Source: Octopus vulgaris
Lineage: Eukaryota
Direction: 5' to 3'
Assembly (NCBI GenBank): GCA_951406725.2
Contig: OX597822.1
Coordinates: forward strand, 8,246,001-8,310,000
Length of the DNA: 64,000 nt
Position 1 is the first letter of the stretch. Every line of letters starts with the position of its first letter. Positions 39,651 through 53,817 of the stretch are shown here, in pieces. The translations under genes were made by a program, and so were the position numbers. Below the pieces are notes generated by a model. That model worked only from the letters and a program-made list of their open reading frames with translations, did not search any database and was not told where the DNA came from.

Positions 39651-40359
39651 CTGCACATACAAATTCAAAATCGGAACAAGAACGTAACGGACGACACTAA
39701 AAACGTACGATGAGATGCAGGATACAAAAACCGATAGGAAAACAAGTACGGAACATTCGCGGCTCTCTACTTATCAGTCAAGCTTACAATCATCTTTACA
39801 GTTTCGGCCGGTTACACTTGCGACTGTTCAAAATTGGTAGGACGCAAAAATCTAAGCTAAGTGCATAACAGTTTTGAAAGAAACAAAAGCAAGAGGAATA
39901 ACAAAAGGTTTCTATCGACTAAAAGGACAAGTTACGTTAAGCTGCCGTGTGAAGTGGAGGCCTGGCGGCAACAAACGTATGTTTTTGTCAGGAGACAGGA
40001 AAATAAGGTGTTGTGCCAGCGGAGATCAGGCGGAGAAAGAAAGATCATGCTTAATCAAGCAGCGATCACGTGGGAGGAACAGAGAGAGGTAGGGATTAGA
40101 GGGATTGAAGAATTAGGGAAGCAACTATAGAGAGAGTAAGAGAGAGAGAGGGTGGACAGAGGAAAAGGTACGAGGGAGAAACAAGAGGGAAGTAGAGAGA
40201 TTAAAGAAAGAGAATGCCAGGAAATGTGAGAGAGGTGGGACGAGAAAAAGAAAGCTGATGCCAAGAAGGTGAGTGGGGAGTGAGAGAAATAAAAGAGGAA
40301 AAAGGGTCACAACACATGTGACTAAAGCGCTACTAATAGGTTCATATATGTATATAACA

Positions 40360-40870
40360 GGAGGCGAAATGGCCCAGTGGTTAGGGCAGTTGACTCGCGG
40401 TCGTACGATTACAGTTTCGATTCCCAGACCGGGCATTGTGAGTGTTTATTGATCGAAAACACCTAAGGCTCCACGAGGTTCCGGCAAGGGATGGTGGTGA
40501 ACCCTGCTGTACTCTTTCACCACAACTTTCTCTCACTCTTTCTTCCTGTTTCTGTTGTACTTGTATATCAAAGGGGCCAGCCTTGTCACACTCTGTGTCA
40601 CGCTGAATCTCCCTGAGAACTACGGTAAGGGTACACGTGACTGTGGAGTGCTCAGCCACTTGAACATTAATAAATGAGCTGCGACGTCAATGGTGCCAAG
40701 CTGTATCGGCCTTTGATTTTCCCTTGGATAACATTGGTGGCGTGGAGAGGGGAGGCTGGTATGCATGGGCAACTGTTGGTCTTCCATAAACTACCTTGCC
40801 CAGACTTGTGCCTCGGAGGGTAACTTTCTAGGTGCGATTCCATGGCCATTCATGAGCGAAGGGGGTCACA
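40360..40870 (+). mobile_element. SINE family B, copy 2 (different 3' tail), 12-bp TSD
   Basis: Head and body match 14921-15306 up to ~40670; ATGTATATAACA at 40348-40359 and 40871-40882. Confidence 0.92.
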
Positions 40871-40903
40871 ATGTATATAACACAATAGAACAATAGAAAG
40901 GTG

Positions 40904-40944
<41 letters not shown>

Positions 40945-41189
40945 AAACTAAGATAGGGATTATGAAGGTAGCCCACAATGGGATATCAGTTATCCAATAT
41001 ACTGCTGGTGAAGTACCCAAATACTAAATACTTAAATGCCTATAATTACATTGCAATTAATTCATTTATTGCATTGAATAGGTGAAGGTAAAAGAATATT
41101 TTACCGTAAATTCATGATACAAATAAGAAAATGGAGGAACCAATTCATTTCGATCGTCAAACTTATGGATATTACAGTATCATATTATT

Positions 41190-41239
<50 letters not shown>

Positions 41240-41629
41240 CACATATGTTCGATATCTGTTTCAATTCTATCGATAGCATCCAGTTCTGAACCGCATTAGG
41301 CTTAAATAATCATGTATGATAAAATACACAAGACTTCAACATATTATTCATAATTGTAATGGTGAGCAATGACATCCCCTTGCTTCTCTATCGTTTCGAG
41401 GGTTGCTTTTATCCATCATTTTAACTACACTTAATTCATGCACATATGTAACTGATCACGCATAATTTGTTAAGCGTATTATCGTTTTGAAGTGGAAAAC
41501 CAATGAAACAATTGCAACCGGTGTGGAACTTATATTGGTCATAAATATTTATTAGGTAGAGATATAGAACCAAGACTAAATATATCTATGTATGCACACA
41601 CAAACACAAACACACACACACACATATAT

Positions 41630-41664
<35 letters not shown>

Positions 41665-41952
41665 ATTTTTCGGTACTCTAGATGTACTAACTTATAAACT
41701 GTAACTGATATGCAGTTACGATGTGGAATATCTAGGATGTAGGCAAGTATAAAATATAATTTCCTCGCACTATTTTATTAATATTCATAATCAGTTTTGT
41801 TTACCTTTAGCTAATTCTATACATTCGGCAAACCAAATATCCTTACTGCATTAGCTTCGGTATGCCATTAGTTTCATGCTGTGCATCTCCACTAACAACA
41901 TATATGTAGTTGTTATGTCATGTCTTAGTGTACATACTTCTCTACAGTATAA

Positions 41953-42030
41953 TGTTCCTTCTCGAGCCATTCCAGGCTCATAAAGGCCGGTTTCCTGGTT
42001 TCAGTGGCGTAGAAATTCCCCACCTGGAGA
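41953..42030 (-). mobile_element. Isolated SINE/LINE 3'-tail module
   Basis: Matches 61875-61951 (tgttccttctcgagccat..ccccacctgga). Confidence 0.7.
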
Positions 42031-42211
42031 AAACTTTACATTTCTGGTTACCTTTTAGGTTTTGTCACCTTTAATTCGTTTGCCTTGGTCGATTGAAATG
42101 TTTATTCATTATACATTTCAATTTATGTATATATATGTATATAAGAATAAGGATAGAAACTGGAGATTGAGAAGTTAATACTTGTTTATTATTAACAACA
42201 AATCAAAAAGC

Positions 42212-42296
42212 ATCCCTTACAGCTGTTTCAATTAATACTCAGTGAATTCGTTGAATATTAAATTGACATATCTTGCGAATAATATCTTCAGGGAGA
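42212..42296 (-). ncRNA. Hammerhead-like motif with long stem II
   Basis: Minus strand: tcc CTGAAGA [~55 nt] GAAA cagctg TA aggga; canonical core, palindromic stem III, imperfect stem I. Confidence 0.45.
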
Positions 42297-42748
42297 AACT
42301 ATACCCTTGGATGTTTTATATGTGTTTATGTATTCTTGAAAGCAGACTAAATAATAATATTTATGATTTGTATTTTTATATGTTCGGGCGAGGGGTTTGC
42401 AGGTTGATTGGAGGTAAGTTAGCGTAGATAAATAGAATTAGAGTAATAGATGGATAAATTAAATAAAAATAATATAAAACGGGTTAGAATGTAATATACG
42501 TTTATAAGGTATAAATAAAGTTAAGAATATGTGTATATATGCAACTACGCACGCATACACATACACACATACATATATGTATCCGTACGTCCATACATTT
42601 ACACAGAACAAATTCCATATACATACAAGTATACATATATCCACACATAGCTGCGCATGTAAGAATATACGCATATATTCACATATATGTATATGTCTGA
42701 AAACATTTGTAGGTATGTACATTCAAACATACATCTGTGTATATACAC

Positions 42749-42779
<31 letters not shown>

Positions 42780-42871
42780 CGTTTACACTTTTACCCATCA
42801 CACTTAAGAAGTTAATATAGTTCTATGTTATATGTATATATATGTGTGTGTGTCTATGTATATACGTATAG

Positions 42872-43050
42872 TGAGAATTTACAAAAGACAAAAGACAAAC
42901 ACGGATGTGTAAAGAGCAAACAAAGGTTTTAGTTTAACGCTCGAGAAGTTAGAAAGTCTTTTACGTTTCGAGCCTACGCTCTTCGACGGAAAGAAACACA
43001 GAAATAAACAGGGAGAGAAAATAGACAAAGGTTTGGTTGCTAGCGATTTA
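42872..43050 (-). repeat. Family H repeat, copy 2 (hammerhead-like motif 42957-42994)
   Basis: Minus strand tcttt CCGTCGA a gagc gtag gctc GAAA cg TA aaaga. Confidence 0.85.
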
Positions 43051-43352
43051 TTATATGTTAATATATATAGCTTTGTATGTTGACATATATTCATGCAAAT
43101 ATACATACATATGTGTGCGTATGCATTTGTCAATGTTCATTTATGCATACACACCCACCTGCAAATCGAGATAGAGAAAGAAAAACAAAAGGATAGACAG
43201 CAGCACGTATGATTGATTCTTCAACTTGCATTATATTTATATGCAAAATATCTATTATGTTCATATGTATTTCGATATGTGTAAATGCTTATAACTACGT
43301 GGATATAATTGTTGACGTCATATTTTCATGCATAAAGGAAATATATATACTT

Positions 43353-43408
<56 letters not shown>

Positions 43409-44764
43409 GTATATTTATATGTATATTTATATGTATATGTATATGTATATGTATATACAACCTGAGGCATAGCATATACCATGAATGAATTCGATTCCTC
43501 TTCATCTTATTTTCCTTTAGGCAAGAATTTTTGTGAGGAAGAGCTGTTTCGTATATTTATTATTTGATTTGTAAATGGCATAAGGATAACTAATGGAAAC
43601 ATGAAATCTTACAACACAAACATTTTCATGACGTTATATGTAAGGAAACAAAATGAAAGCCACTGGTGCTAGTATTATTCGTTGAATGTCCAATAAATAG
43701 AATACGGTTACATGCTGTCAGAGTATAGGCAACGTATGCAACTAATAAGCATATCACTTATATTATTCCGTATCAGGAACGTGAGTTTATTCTGCGTTTT
43801 TGCTTCATTCAATACGATAATACAGAGACGCTTTCGAGGAAGTAAACTCTCAGCTTTCATTCGATTTAGAGTTTCAAGTTTGATTATAATTATATGAATA
43901 TACATGCGTGAGAATGCGTTGATGTGTTATTCTGCAACTGATCATATAAACGTTTAGATATAGGAGCCAAAATTTCTTTAATACACACACACTAATGCCT
44001 GTAATAACAATATAATACAGTGCGTACTATACACCGACAATATTCTCAACAGCATGGAACAATGTGTCTGGAGTAGATTTCATTATATATATGATCAATT
44101 CGAGTCGTACTGAGTAAAAGTATAAAATACGGCAAGGACATTAAGGAAAAACAAAAATTACCGAACACTGATATGTTAAAAAAAAAATTAAAGATAATAT
44201 GTAATTTCGGTGAAATCTAAATCATAATCGCGAATGCCGAGCCACAGCAATACAGAAATCTAATTCTTGAAATAGGTAAAGAAAAGCATTTATTTGATTG
44301 ATATACTGAATATGTTTTAACAATCAGTGGCTAGTATTCAGAAGTCGGTTGTAAAGCATATTTTAAAACGAAGGATATTGATTATAGAATATATTATGAT
44401 ATCCTTATCGTGTATTATAGGCAGAGTCTAATGTAGGTTTAATTTACCGTGTGGTCAGTAATTCGTGAGAAACACTTAGAGACATTTATCAATATCACTT
44501 GTACGCTTTTCGTTCAACTCCTCTAATTAAATTGAGAAAGCATTAATCTTATTCCATCTCATTTTACTTTCTATAGAAAATTAAAGCCTTAAGCCTATGT
44601 TTAAAGAAAGCGAGATTGCTTAGACATAAAGTCGAGCAAATATATGCATATTTGATTGGGTGCTCTCTCTTGAATCACTAGCTTTTACTTAATACACAAA
44701 AGTAATATAATGAATGCAAAGTTCTAAAAAGCGTAATTAAATATATGAGATAAATATTGCAATA

Positions 44765-45075
<311 letters not shown>

Positions 45076-45250
45076 AAAACAGACAGCCAGATAGACAGAT
45101 AGATACATAGATAGATACATAACTAGATAGTATTACATATATAATGGTACAATTTACAGTTATCAAATTACACTTAATATGTGTACACATACACACATAT
45201 ACACAAACGCACACACACAATTACGCACACACACACGCACACACTCACAT

Positions 45251-45284
<34 letters not shown>

Positions 45285-45580
45285 GTATATATATATTGGC
45301 CTGCTCGCTTAGCCAGCGGGGTGGCGTCATTTGAAGGCTAAAACAATGCAAAGCGCATTGTGACCAGCGATGTGTAGCAACATCTGATAGCAGAGATATA
45401 GATATGGCTATACGTGAAAGGAAAGCCCTGTAATAAAGTAAAACCTTTAGCGTTAATAGGGTATTATATTAATTTAAATATATCACTTCTATATTTTCTA
45501 TGGGAAATATTCTTTAGGAAGAAGTCTTCCTTCATTTTGTTGGAAAACAGTATGAAGGAAGATTTCCTAAAATCTATTTC

Positions 45581-45952
45581 ACAACGGGGCGCTACTGCAT
45601 GGTGCCAAAGATTCCAACATCACCATGAAAATAAAGGACCAGATACTGCAACAGCTTGGGTTTCAGAGGACCACAGCTCTTCAACATCCTCCCTAAATGC
45701 CTGAGAGACTTGCATGGTGTGGATGTGGGTTTCTTTAAAACTAAACTGCATCTCTTCTTGTCGGGGGTCCCAGATGAACCTACCTCACAGCAGGAAACAC
45801 AGATGTGGGCAGCGGCATCAAACTCCCTTGTTGACCAAGTGCCACGTATCAGAGGTGGATTCACATATTAGTGTAGCTCATTCAGCGATGGTGCCCCAGC
45901 ATGGCCGCGACCTTCGGGCTGAAACATTTTTTAAGGATTAAGGATATAAGGA
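45581..45952 (+). mobile_element. 5'-truncated 3' fragment of the CR1/L2-group LINE
   Basis: Near-identical to the reverse complement of 35938-36300 (GFRGPQLFNILPKCLRDLHGV..GGFTY*), TAAGGA tail. Confidence 0.95.
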
Positions 45953-46445
45953 ATTTAGTGACAATTCGTAATTACTTCCCTAAGCAGTAACATATTTCAT
46001 AATTAGGTGTCCTATTATGAAGTCAAAAGTTACATTAGGACTGCGCAATTAAACTTAACTTTGCACCCTGTGCTTTAGACAGCTCGTTATATATTTTATG
46101 TACAACAAAGCATATATGATGGGAAAAATCTACATAGATTTAATATGAAAGCCAATGAGTAGAAGTACATTCTACGCTTGCAGTCTTTGGATTAAAGTCA
46201 AGGAGATAGCTGGTAGATCTGCTACGGATAAAAACCGCTGGACACATAAATGGCTGCTCGACCAGTAGCAAACATTCTTCTTTGATGAAATAAGCACGTT
46301 GGAGGACTGTTAAAAGAATGCATAGAAAAGTAAGAAGATTTACTCGACAAATAAGGTAATTGTTCAACTCCTCTTTTTGTTGTAATTATTTACAAAAATA
46401 AGAGTGCGTATAATGTTATACTTACCCTTGTATAACGACCACATG

Positions 46446-46500
<55 letters not shown>

Positions 46501-47779
46501 TATACAATGATTTGAGAACGGAAACAAGTCAAAATTATGCAATTTTATTGTCCTTTCAAAAACTGCTTTCCATGAAGTCACGTGGCCCAGAATATTAAGA
46601 GTGGAGTCAGTTAAATCTATTTTGGCATTTATTTGAAAGATAGATGTATATTCATGGCAATGAAGTATTCAGGATATGAAAGGGTTCTCCAATACAACAC
46701 CAGCTATCATATTCCGTTTTCAGAGATCAGATTAGTAGACTGTTTAGAGATTCTGCTAAAATATATAGTATTTCTTTCGGATTTTTGTTCTCTGCGCTCA
46801 AATAACGCCGCAGTCAAGTTTAACTATATTATTCCCAGGTCGAAATAATAAAATACCAAGGAAGATATGTTAAATCGACTAAGTTCATTGCCTAACATTT
46901 CTGGTATTGTGTCTATGTTAGAAATATTATAAAGTGTTAAATCTCGAGCATTTTGTACATTTTCACCAGAGTCACTGACTTTCACAGATATGAGGCTTCT
47001 AACTGATACATCGTGGAGTTGACTTTATTTGTGTTTCAACTCAGAAATGCTACAAAAAATGTAGTTACTGGATGAAGATTATTTCGCCGTTGTCCGTGCT
47101 AGCTAATAATTAAATAACAGTCTATGATAATGGCCCCGATGTTGGCTTTTAGCTGGTTGGCTCTTAGCTGTTCACAACGTGAGTAAGAAAAATAGAATCA
47201 ACCCGGCTCAATATGCTTTGAACTTCAAATCTAAAATTATTTAATATGGCGCTCAGTCGATTCAGATATTTTAAACATAGTTACATAACCATTTTCTTTT
47301 TGTCGGTTATAAACGATAATTCTCAATATAGTCGTGGAGCGTTACTTATACCGTTAGCTTTAATAATAAAATTGAAATGAGACATACGTGGATTGAACTC
47401 AGATCATGTTATAGAATGAGTTAACTAAATTCCAGAAACTATAGTTCTTACGTATCTATCATTTTTGGCATTCATCGTCAAAATGTAACAATACGAAATG
47501 GAAGATAGTTTATTCATTTCTTTTTTTATATATAGAAATGTATCATAATTTCTGAATTACTGATTTATTTCTTGTCTATAAATTAAAAGAGCACAGATAA
47601 CTACAAGCAAAGGTTAAATATAGTAAATTTAAAATCTTTTGAATAATTTAGCATTTGAACTTAAGATTTAGCTCAAGTAAGTTCACGCAATAATTATAAT
47701 TCCTACAGATATTTATGGACGTTGAACTTTTGACGCTCCCATCCGTTGTATTGAATACCTTTCAGTTAGCATGGACCTG

Positions 47780-48660
47780 AATTAGATCCAAATTTGTCCT
47801 CCTTTAATTTCATTTAACGGAGGTCGATCTAATGCAGAACTAAGAATTCTAAAATAGATAATTACTGATAATAGCATAAGAGCCAACATTCCTGCTAATT
47901 CAGTGTACAGTCTATTTTAACGTACCACGTTCTTGCTATTGGATGAATGAAATAAACGCCAGAACCAGTAGGGTCTTGTTAAAAGAGAATAGATTTGATA
48001 AGATTTACTAATATAGCTTCAATGGAGGTGAATTATGTTGCTTTAGTGAATTTACATTTAATGTGTTAGTTGATTTGAATAATGTGAATTATTTCTTTCA
48101 TGGAAGAAATATCCACTTTCTAATGCAATTATGACTTTAAAGAAAGCATTCAAATTATGGTTAATCATCTTTAGCTCATTTGAATATTTTAGAAAATATA
48201 ATTGCACATTTAAGGAGGCTTCTTTGGAAAAGATATCCATGCTTATCGCCTGCCTAATCAATGGATCCAAGTTCAAAATTTGCAAGAAACCATATTATCA
48301 TGCTGTGGTACATTAAACATTGCTTGGAAACTACATGTTTCTAATAGTAACAACTGTTGTGCCGTATAAGTCAATTCTGTTCCTTTTTGCACGTATGTAA
48401 ATAGAATACTTTCAGGTTATTCGCTTAACTCTGAACTGAAAGTTACAAGAACTCTCATGATAGTCTTTAAGTAATAATAAACGCTACGAAAATTGCTGAG
48501 AGAAGTTAGAACGAACTGATTTCGTTTAATGTCTAACTGAACATTTTATCGACTCTTAACAACTATTTATATCCTGGTTCTCAATGCAAGACTTGACAGA
48601 TGGCAACCATTAAACGTCACTCAAATTAACTCTAATCAAATGTAACTGTTTAAAATCAGT
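47780..48660 (-). pseudogene. Possible heavily decayed LRR/transmembrane receptor pseudogene
   Basis: Hand translation in mixed frames: FKQLHLIRVNL, TFNGCHLSSLAL, LDIKRNQF, NLKVFYLHTC, FLQILNLD, NQLT, then hydrophobic LAGMLALMLLSVIIYFR. Many stops; pattern only. Confidence 0.25.
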
Positions 48661-49064
48661 TCCAGTCTAGTGCTTACTCCACTGGTGGTGGTGCGATAAA
48701 ACGAAAGCTACTAGCTAGAATACGAAATATTCACAATTTACAACAAATGAGAATAATATTAATCATTATTAATGAAATTCACCATAAATGATTTCGTTTC
48801 ACTTGCAGCGGCATGCTTCTATTTCAAACCCATTAAATATAAGTTATTACTGTTTTAAAATTTAGTATCAAAAGACTGATTATTTAACAGTAACAACGAG
48901 AGATATTGGATAAATGTAATACAAGATATAAGAATTATAACACATGTAGCAATATAACGGGACACAAACAATGAGGAAACAACTAAAATACTAAAATGTA
49001 TTGTTTTATATATATATATATATAAACAGGCAAACAGGCAGGCAGACATAGAGGCAGAAAGACA

Positions 49065-49146
49065 GACAGATAGACAAACAGATAGATAGATAGATGGATG
49101 GATAGCTAGATAGCTAGATAGATAGATAGATAGATAGATGGATAGC

Positions 49147-49215
<69 letters not shown>

Positions 49216-49280
49216 GGATGGATGGATGGATGGATAGATGGATGGATGGATGGATGGAGGGATAGATATATATATAGATG

Positions 49281-49352
<72 letters not shown>

Positions 49353-49383
49353 TATAGATAGATAGATAGACAGATAGATAGAC

Positions 49384-49453
<70 letters not shown>
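49065..49453 (+). repeat. (GATA)n/(GATG)n microsatellite
   Basis: Seen directly. Confidence 0.98.
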
Positions 49454-50005
49454 CAAGATGTTCTTAGTGTTTATATATATATGTATCTGAGTGCTACCAG
49501 AAAAATGTGAACCACTTCAAACAGCTAGACAGATAAGTAGTCCTTAACTAAACTGGCAGCTTCAAGGAGAATACTTCGTCACGAAGCTCAATTAGTTTAC
49601 TCGTTACGTTGAAGACAATAATATTCAAACACCCTATTAAATCCGACGATACAACGACGACCATTTGAAAAAAGGCACGGTCAGTGTTATGTTCGCATTT
49701 CATTTAAATAAAGCTGGAGCGAAATAAGTATTGTCAAAAATACAGAGCAGACAAGGGGATGTGGTTAATAGTGATTCTCTCGTACAAAATCATGTTGTTT
49801 GCTAAACATCGCAATGAGGGTGTACAAACATCTAAAATGGTGGCCAGGTTCTAAACACATGAAACTTTTATACAGAGTGGGAGAAATTTAAATCACTTCA
49901 AATCTTTTAGCAATCTACAGCATTCTTGACGCTCTTGAAGATTTAGATACCATTGGAACATCTCGGTTCAAAACATCACCCACATAATTTATATGTGGGT
50001 ATGTG

Positions 50006-50051
<46 letters not shown>

Positions 50052-50129
50052 CACTTACATACACACACACACGCATATATATACACTACACATGTACATA
50101 TAGATAGGCAGATATATATATATATAAAT

Positions 50130-50185
<56 letters not shown>

Positions 50186-50199
50186 GAAAAACAAAATAG

Positions 50200-51245
50200 A
50201 ATGAGAAAGTACAAAATATTTTTATTATATGGTAAAAAAATATGTCAAAATCGTTATGTTAGGAAAATGATATAAAAGTTTGTGTCGGTTTCGCATTTTT
50301 TTTTTCAAATTTCTCAAATTTCTTTACCGATCATGTGTCCTCTATTCGTTATAGTGTGGTGCAGAGGAGTTTGAGACGGGCATTTTCCGTCATAAGGGAG
50401 ATAAACAAACATGTTGTGAATGATTTGGTTTTGTTAATTTAACATGATTTGGTTTTGATAGAAGAAAATGCTTGAAATGGTTAAGTTTTGACTTATATTT
50501 TTCAATGAAGCAGGTTCCCTCATTTAATCCAACTTGTGTTTGTGTACCAATGGCACATTGATAAAATGGAAAGATTACAAAGTGTGGTACCAGTTGTTTT
50601 GCGCATCTGTCAATGTATTCACTGAAGGTATCATTCTGTATACTAGAATGCAATCTGCTGTTGGTGCAGAGTGAATCTACGTCTGAGCGATTTATCTCGT
50701 AGACATTGTGTAATTCTGGTGGCAGACCGAGCATCTTATAACATAAATCAGGTTTTTCGAGACACAAGTAAAGTCAGATTTGATTTTGATTATTAGACCC
50801 TCTTTAAAAAGGAATTCTGGTCCTTCTAGAATGATGGGGTATGTTGCGCAATAGGGTCAACCATATTTTTTCACTTTCGCATCCATTATTTTACAAAATA
50901 ATTTTGCCTTTGTGAGGATCATTTTTGGTGACCAGTTGTTTGCGTTTTTATATAATCTTATGTGTTTGTAAACATGTTGTTCGTTTTGGGTCCTCATTTA
51001 GCATTGGTAGATTTTGGGTGATGAAGGTGAAGGCTTGATTGTTTCTGGGGTTGTAAGTAAATATGTGCGGCAATAATTCGGGGAGGGCGTGTTGCTGTGT
51101 TGCACTTTTCTTAAGGTCGATTTGTATTGCAAGTTTGATTCCATCCTGTGCAAGCACAATTGACAATCTTTTTCTAAAATAGTGAAACTGGTCAAGTCAA
51201 TAAACATCTTTAAAATTGCATTTTCAAACCTTCTTACAGCTCTAC
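50200..51245 (-). mobile_element. Decayed Penelope-like element, 3' part
   Basis: FSEYIDRCAKQLVPHFVIFPFYQC..KYKSKLN parallels LSEHIEKCADNIKPNFTVFPFYQC at 62765-63523; bounded by (TA)n. Confidence 0.8.
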
Positions 51246-51249
51246 TTTG

Positions 51250-51304
<55 letters not shown>

Positions 51305-51310
<6 letters not shown>

Positions 51311-51450
51311 ATCCAAACAAGAAAGCACAAAAAAAAACAACAACGCGAGGACGTGGTACAAATATAGTATTATTGGACGCTCAGGAAAGAAGGAAAGATC
51401 CAGAGAAGGGAAGACAGAGGGAAAAAAATCGCCAACGGTACACACGCGGT
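51305..51450 (+). repeat. Short (TA)n-flanked dispersed repeat (family H2)
   Basis: agttaatccaa..acgtgg.aca..tatagt.ttattggacgctcaggaaag matches the reverse complement of 62408-62510. Confidence 0.8.
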
Positions 51451-51463
51451 ATATATATATACG

Positions 51464-51517
<54 letters not shown>

Positions 51518-51949
51518 GCTCAAAGAAATTCAAACTTTGATTTTCCCGCTGTATTTACAATGTTATAATAATTAAATATGATATAATATAAGGAAATGAT
51601 AGAATATTAAATGTCCATTATGTTTCAACTAGTACTTTCATGCATGAAACCATGCAATTTTGAGCTTCATGAAGTAGTGGTGACAGTTATGCTTTATAAT
51701 TTACAATTGCCACAGTTGTAAATAAAATTGTACATAAAATGTGAAAATCAGACAAAGTTTCATTATCTTTGTGTAATATATTCTTCTATACACAGTCATA
51801 CACACCCGCGTGTGACTGTGTATATATACTCTTATATACTTATATACATATGTGTGTGTGTGAAAATAATTTTGTCAATCTACTTCATTTTGGTTCCTCC
51901 AGAAGATATTCACTAGTTGACAATTGCATACTTCTTTTAATTTTGACTC

Positions 51950-52013
<64 letters not shown>

Positions 52014-52026
52014 GTTGTTGTTGTTG
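51950..52026 (+). repeat. (ATT)n/(GTT)n microsatellite
   Basis: Seen directly. Confidence 0.95.
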
Positions 52027-52148
52027 AATTGAACTCAGAATCTTGGGGTTGGTATCCCGCGCTATTCACCACTACGTCATATATCAATAATATTAATAAC
52101 GTCGAAAAATACCTTAGAAATGAGAACCTAGGTTCGAAATTTCCCCAA

Positions 52149-52194
52149 GACACCTCATGAAGGATGGGTGATATATCAGTCGAAACACTGTGTT
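52149..52194 (+). ncRNA. Degenerate hammerhead-like motif
   Basis: gacac CTCATGA a ggatg..cagtc GAAA cact gtgtt; stem I pairs, core and stem III mutated. Confidence 0.35.
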
Positions 52195-52815
52195 AACAAC
52201 AAACAAGATGAGGACAAATTACTGTCAAACGTAAATAATGTAAATAATGTGCATAATTCCGCATCTCTTAAATATAGAAATGTATTCCTCTACTTTCCGT
52301 AGCATCTTCGGGTCAAAATCTTTCGATATTATACGACTACTTTAGCGTCTCTCATTGACTCCCACTCTCACTTTTTCTATTGTTTTACCCTATGGTAATC
52401 TCCTGTCTGTTCCCAACATCATAAGTGAAAGGCACTTGTGTATTATTGGACATTAGTGGGAAGCTAATCAAGAGATCAGAAGTGATCTACTACAATATGT
52501 GCTACAGCATGGCCATACTGAAACAGGTCATCCGAACACAAGGGATATAGACACTTGATGCCTCCCAGAAGATCTCCCTCAATTAATGCACAACAGAAAT
52601 TGCAGCTTAGGAATGTCCGGGCAAGTCCGATCACATGATGATATAGTTTGGACCAACAAAAATTCATCATCCACGTAAAGAAAGATATTTAGTACAGAGT
52701 ACTTGAAAAATAGTTAAAATTAGTTTCATATAGTAGAGATTCAAGTGTTTGACAAATATATAAAGTATCATGCGTCTCCATGAAAATCTTTGAGGTTCAT
52801 TGAAAACTATTAGAT

Positions 52816-52934
52816 ACTAACATTATAACACGGCTTTGCCCGGGATTAAGTTAGGATTATTGAGGTACTCAAGTTCTTTATTTCAAACCAAACTAACATC
52901 GACATCAAATTTGGACGATGTCCGTTGAAATTGG

Positions 52935-52945
<11 letters not shown>
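52816..52945 (-). mobile_element. Possible decayed Helitron-like fragment
   Basis: actaacattataacacggctttgcccggg resembles the actagcagtatcgcccggcgttgctcggg terminus at 32698; other end runs into (TA)n. Confidence 0.35.
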
Positions 52946-52989
<44 letters not shown>

Positions 52990-52993
<4 letters not shown>

Positions 52994-53190
52994 GAAAGTT
53001 TACGAAAATAAACATAAGATGAAGGCAGGTGGAGTACAAACAAACAAATGTATTAGTATAGCACTGAGGAATAGAAATAGAAAATGTGTTTTACGTTTCG
53101 AGCCTACGCTCTTCGACAGAAAGATACACAGAAAAAAACAAGGAGAAAAACAAGGAAAAATGCGTGTTGGAGCTAACGATCTAACATGGC
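52990..53190 (-). repeat. Family H repeat, copy 3 (hammerhead-like motif 53086-53129)
   Basis: Minus strand cttt CTGTCGA a gagc gtag gctc GAAA cg TA aaac; (TA)n on both sides. Confidence 0.85.
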
Positions 53191-53713
53191 ATATATATAT
53201 GGGGGCAATACACACGCATACAAACATGTACGTACGTACACCTATTGCATACATGTTTTTGTACGCATACATGGTTGTGAATGTATGTGTCGCTCGTTTA
53301 TCCAAAAAACACTTTTTTCCTCCATGGAAAAAAATGTCTTAACAAAAACTTACTAGTCTATAGAAAGGGACTTAACTCCTGTTTGCAAACAATGGTGATT
53401 TCTCCGACTTGAACATTGCTAAAAGTTTTGGTTGAACATTTATATTTACTGCTATTCACTGGTGCGTCTGGTAAAAGTAAATTGACGAAAATACAATGTG
53501 GAAAATTGGAGCGACATACGTGCTATTTTGTGAACGTGAATAGATTACATTTACGTACACACACACACAGTCACACATACACGCACACATCCTGTCTTTT
53601 ATATATACAGATATTTAAAAACCAGGGCTTTAGACTATAATAAAAATTGACAAAACGTTACCTTCTTTGTATACTGGCAAGCTTTTTTGAATGATTAAAA
53701 ATGGTCTGCGTTC

Positions 53714-53817
<104 letters not shown>

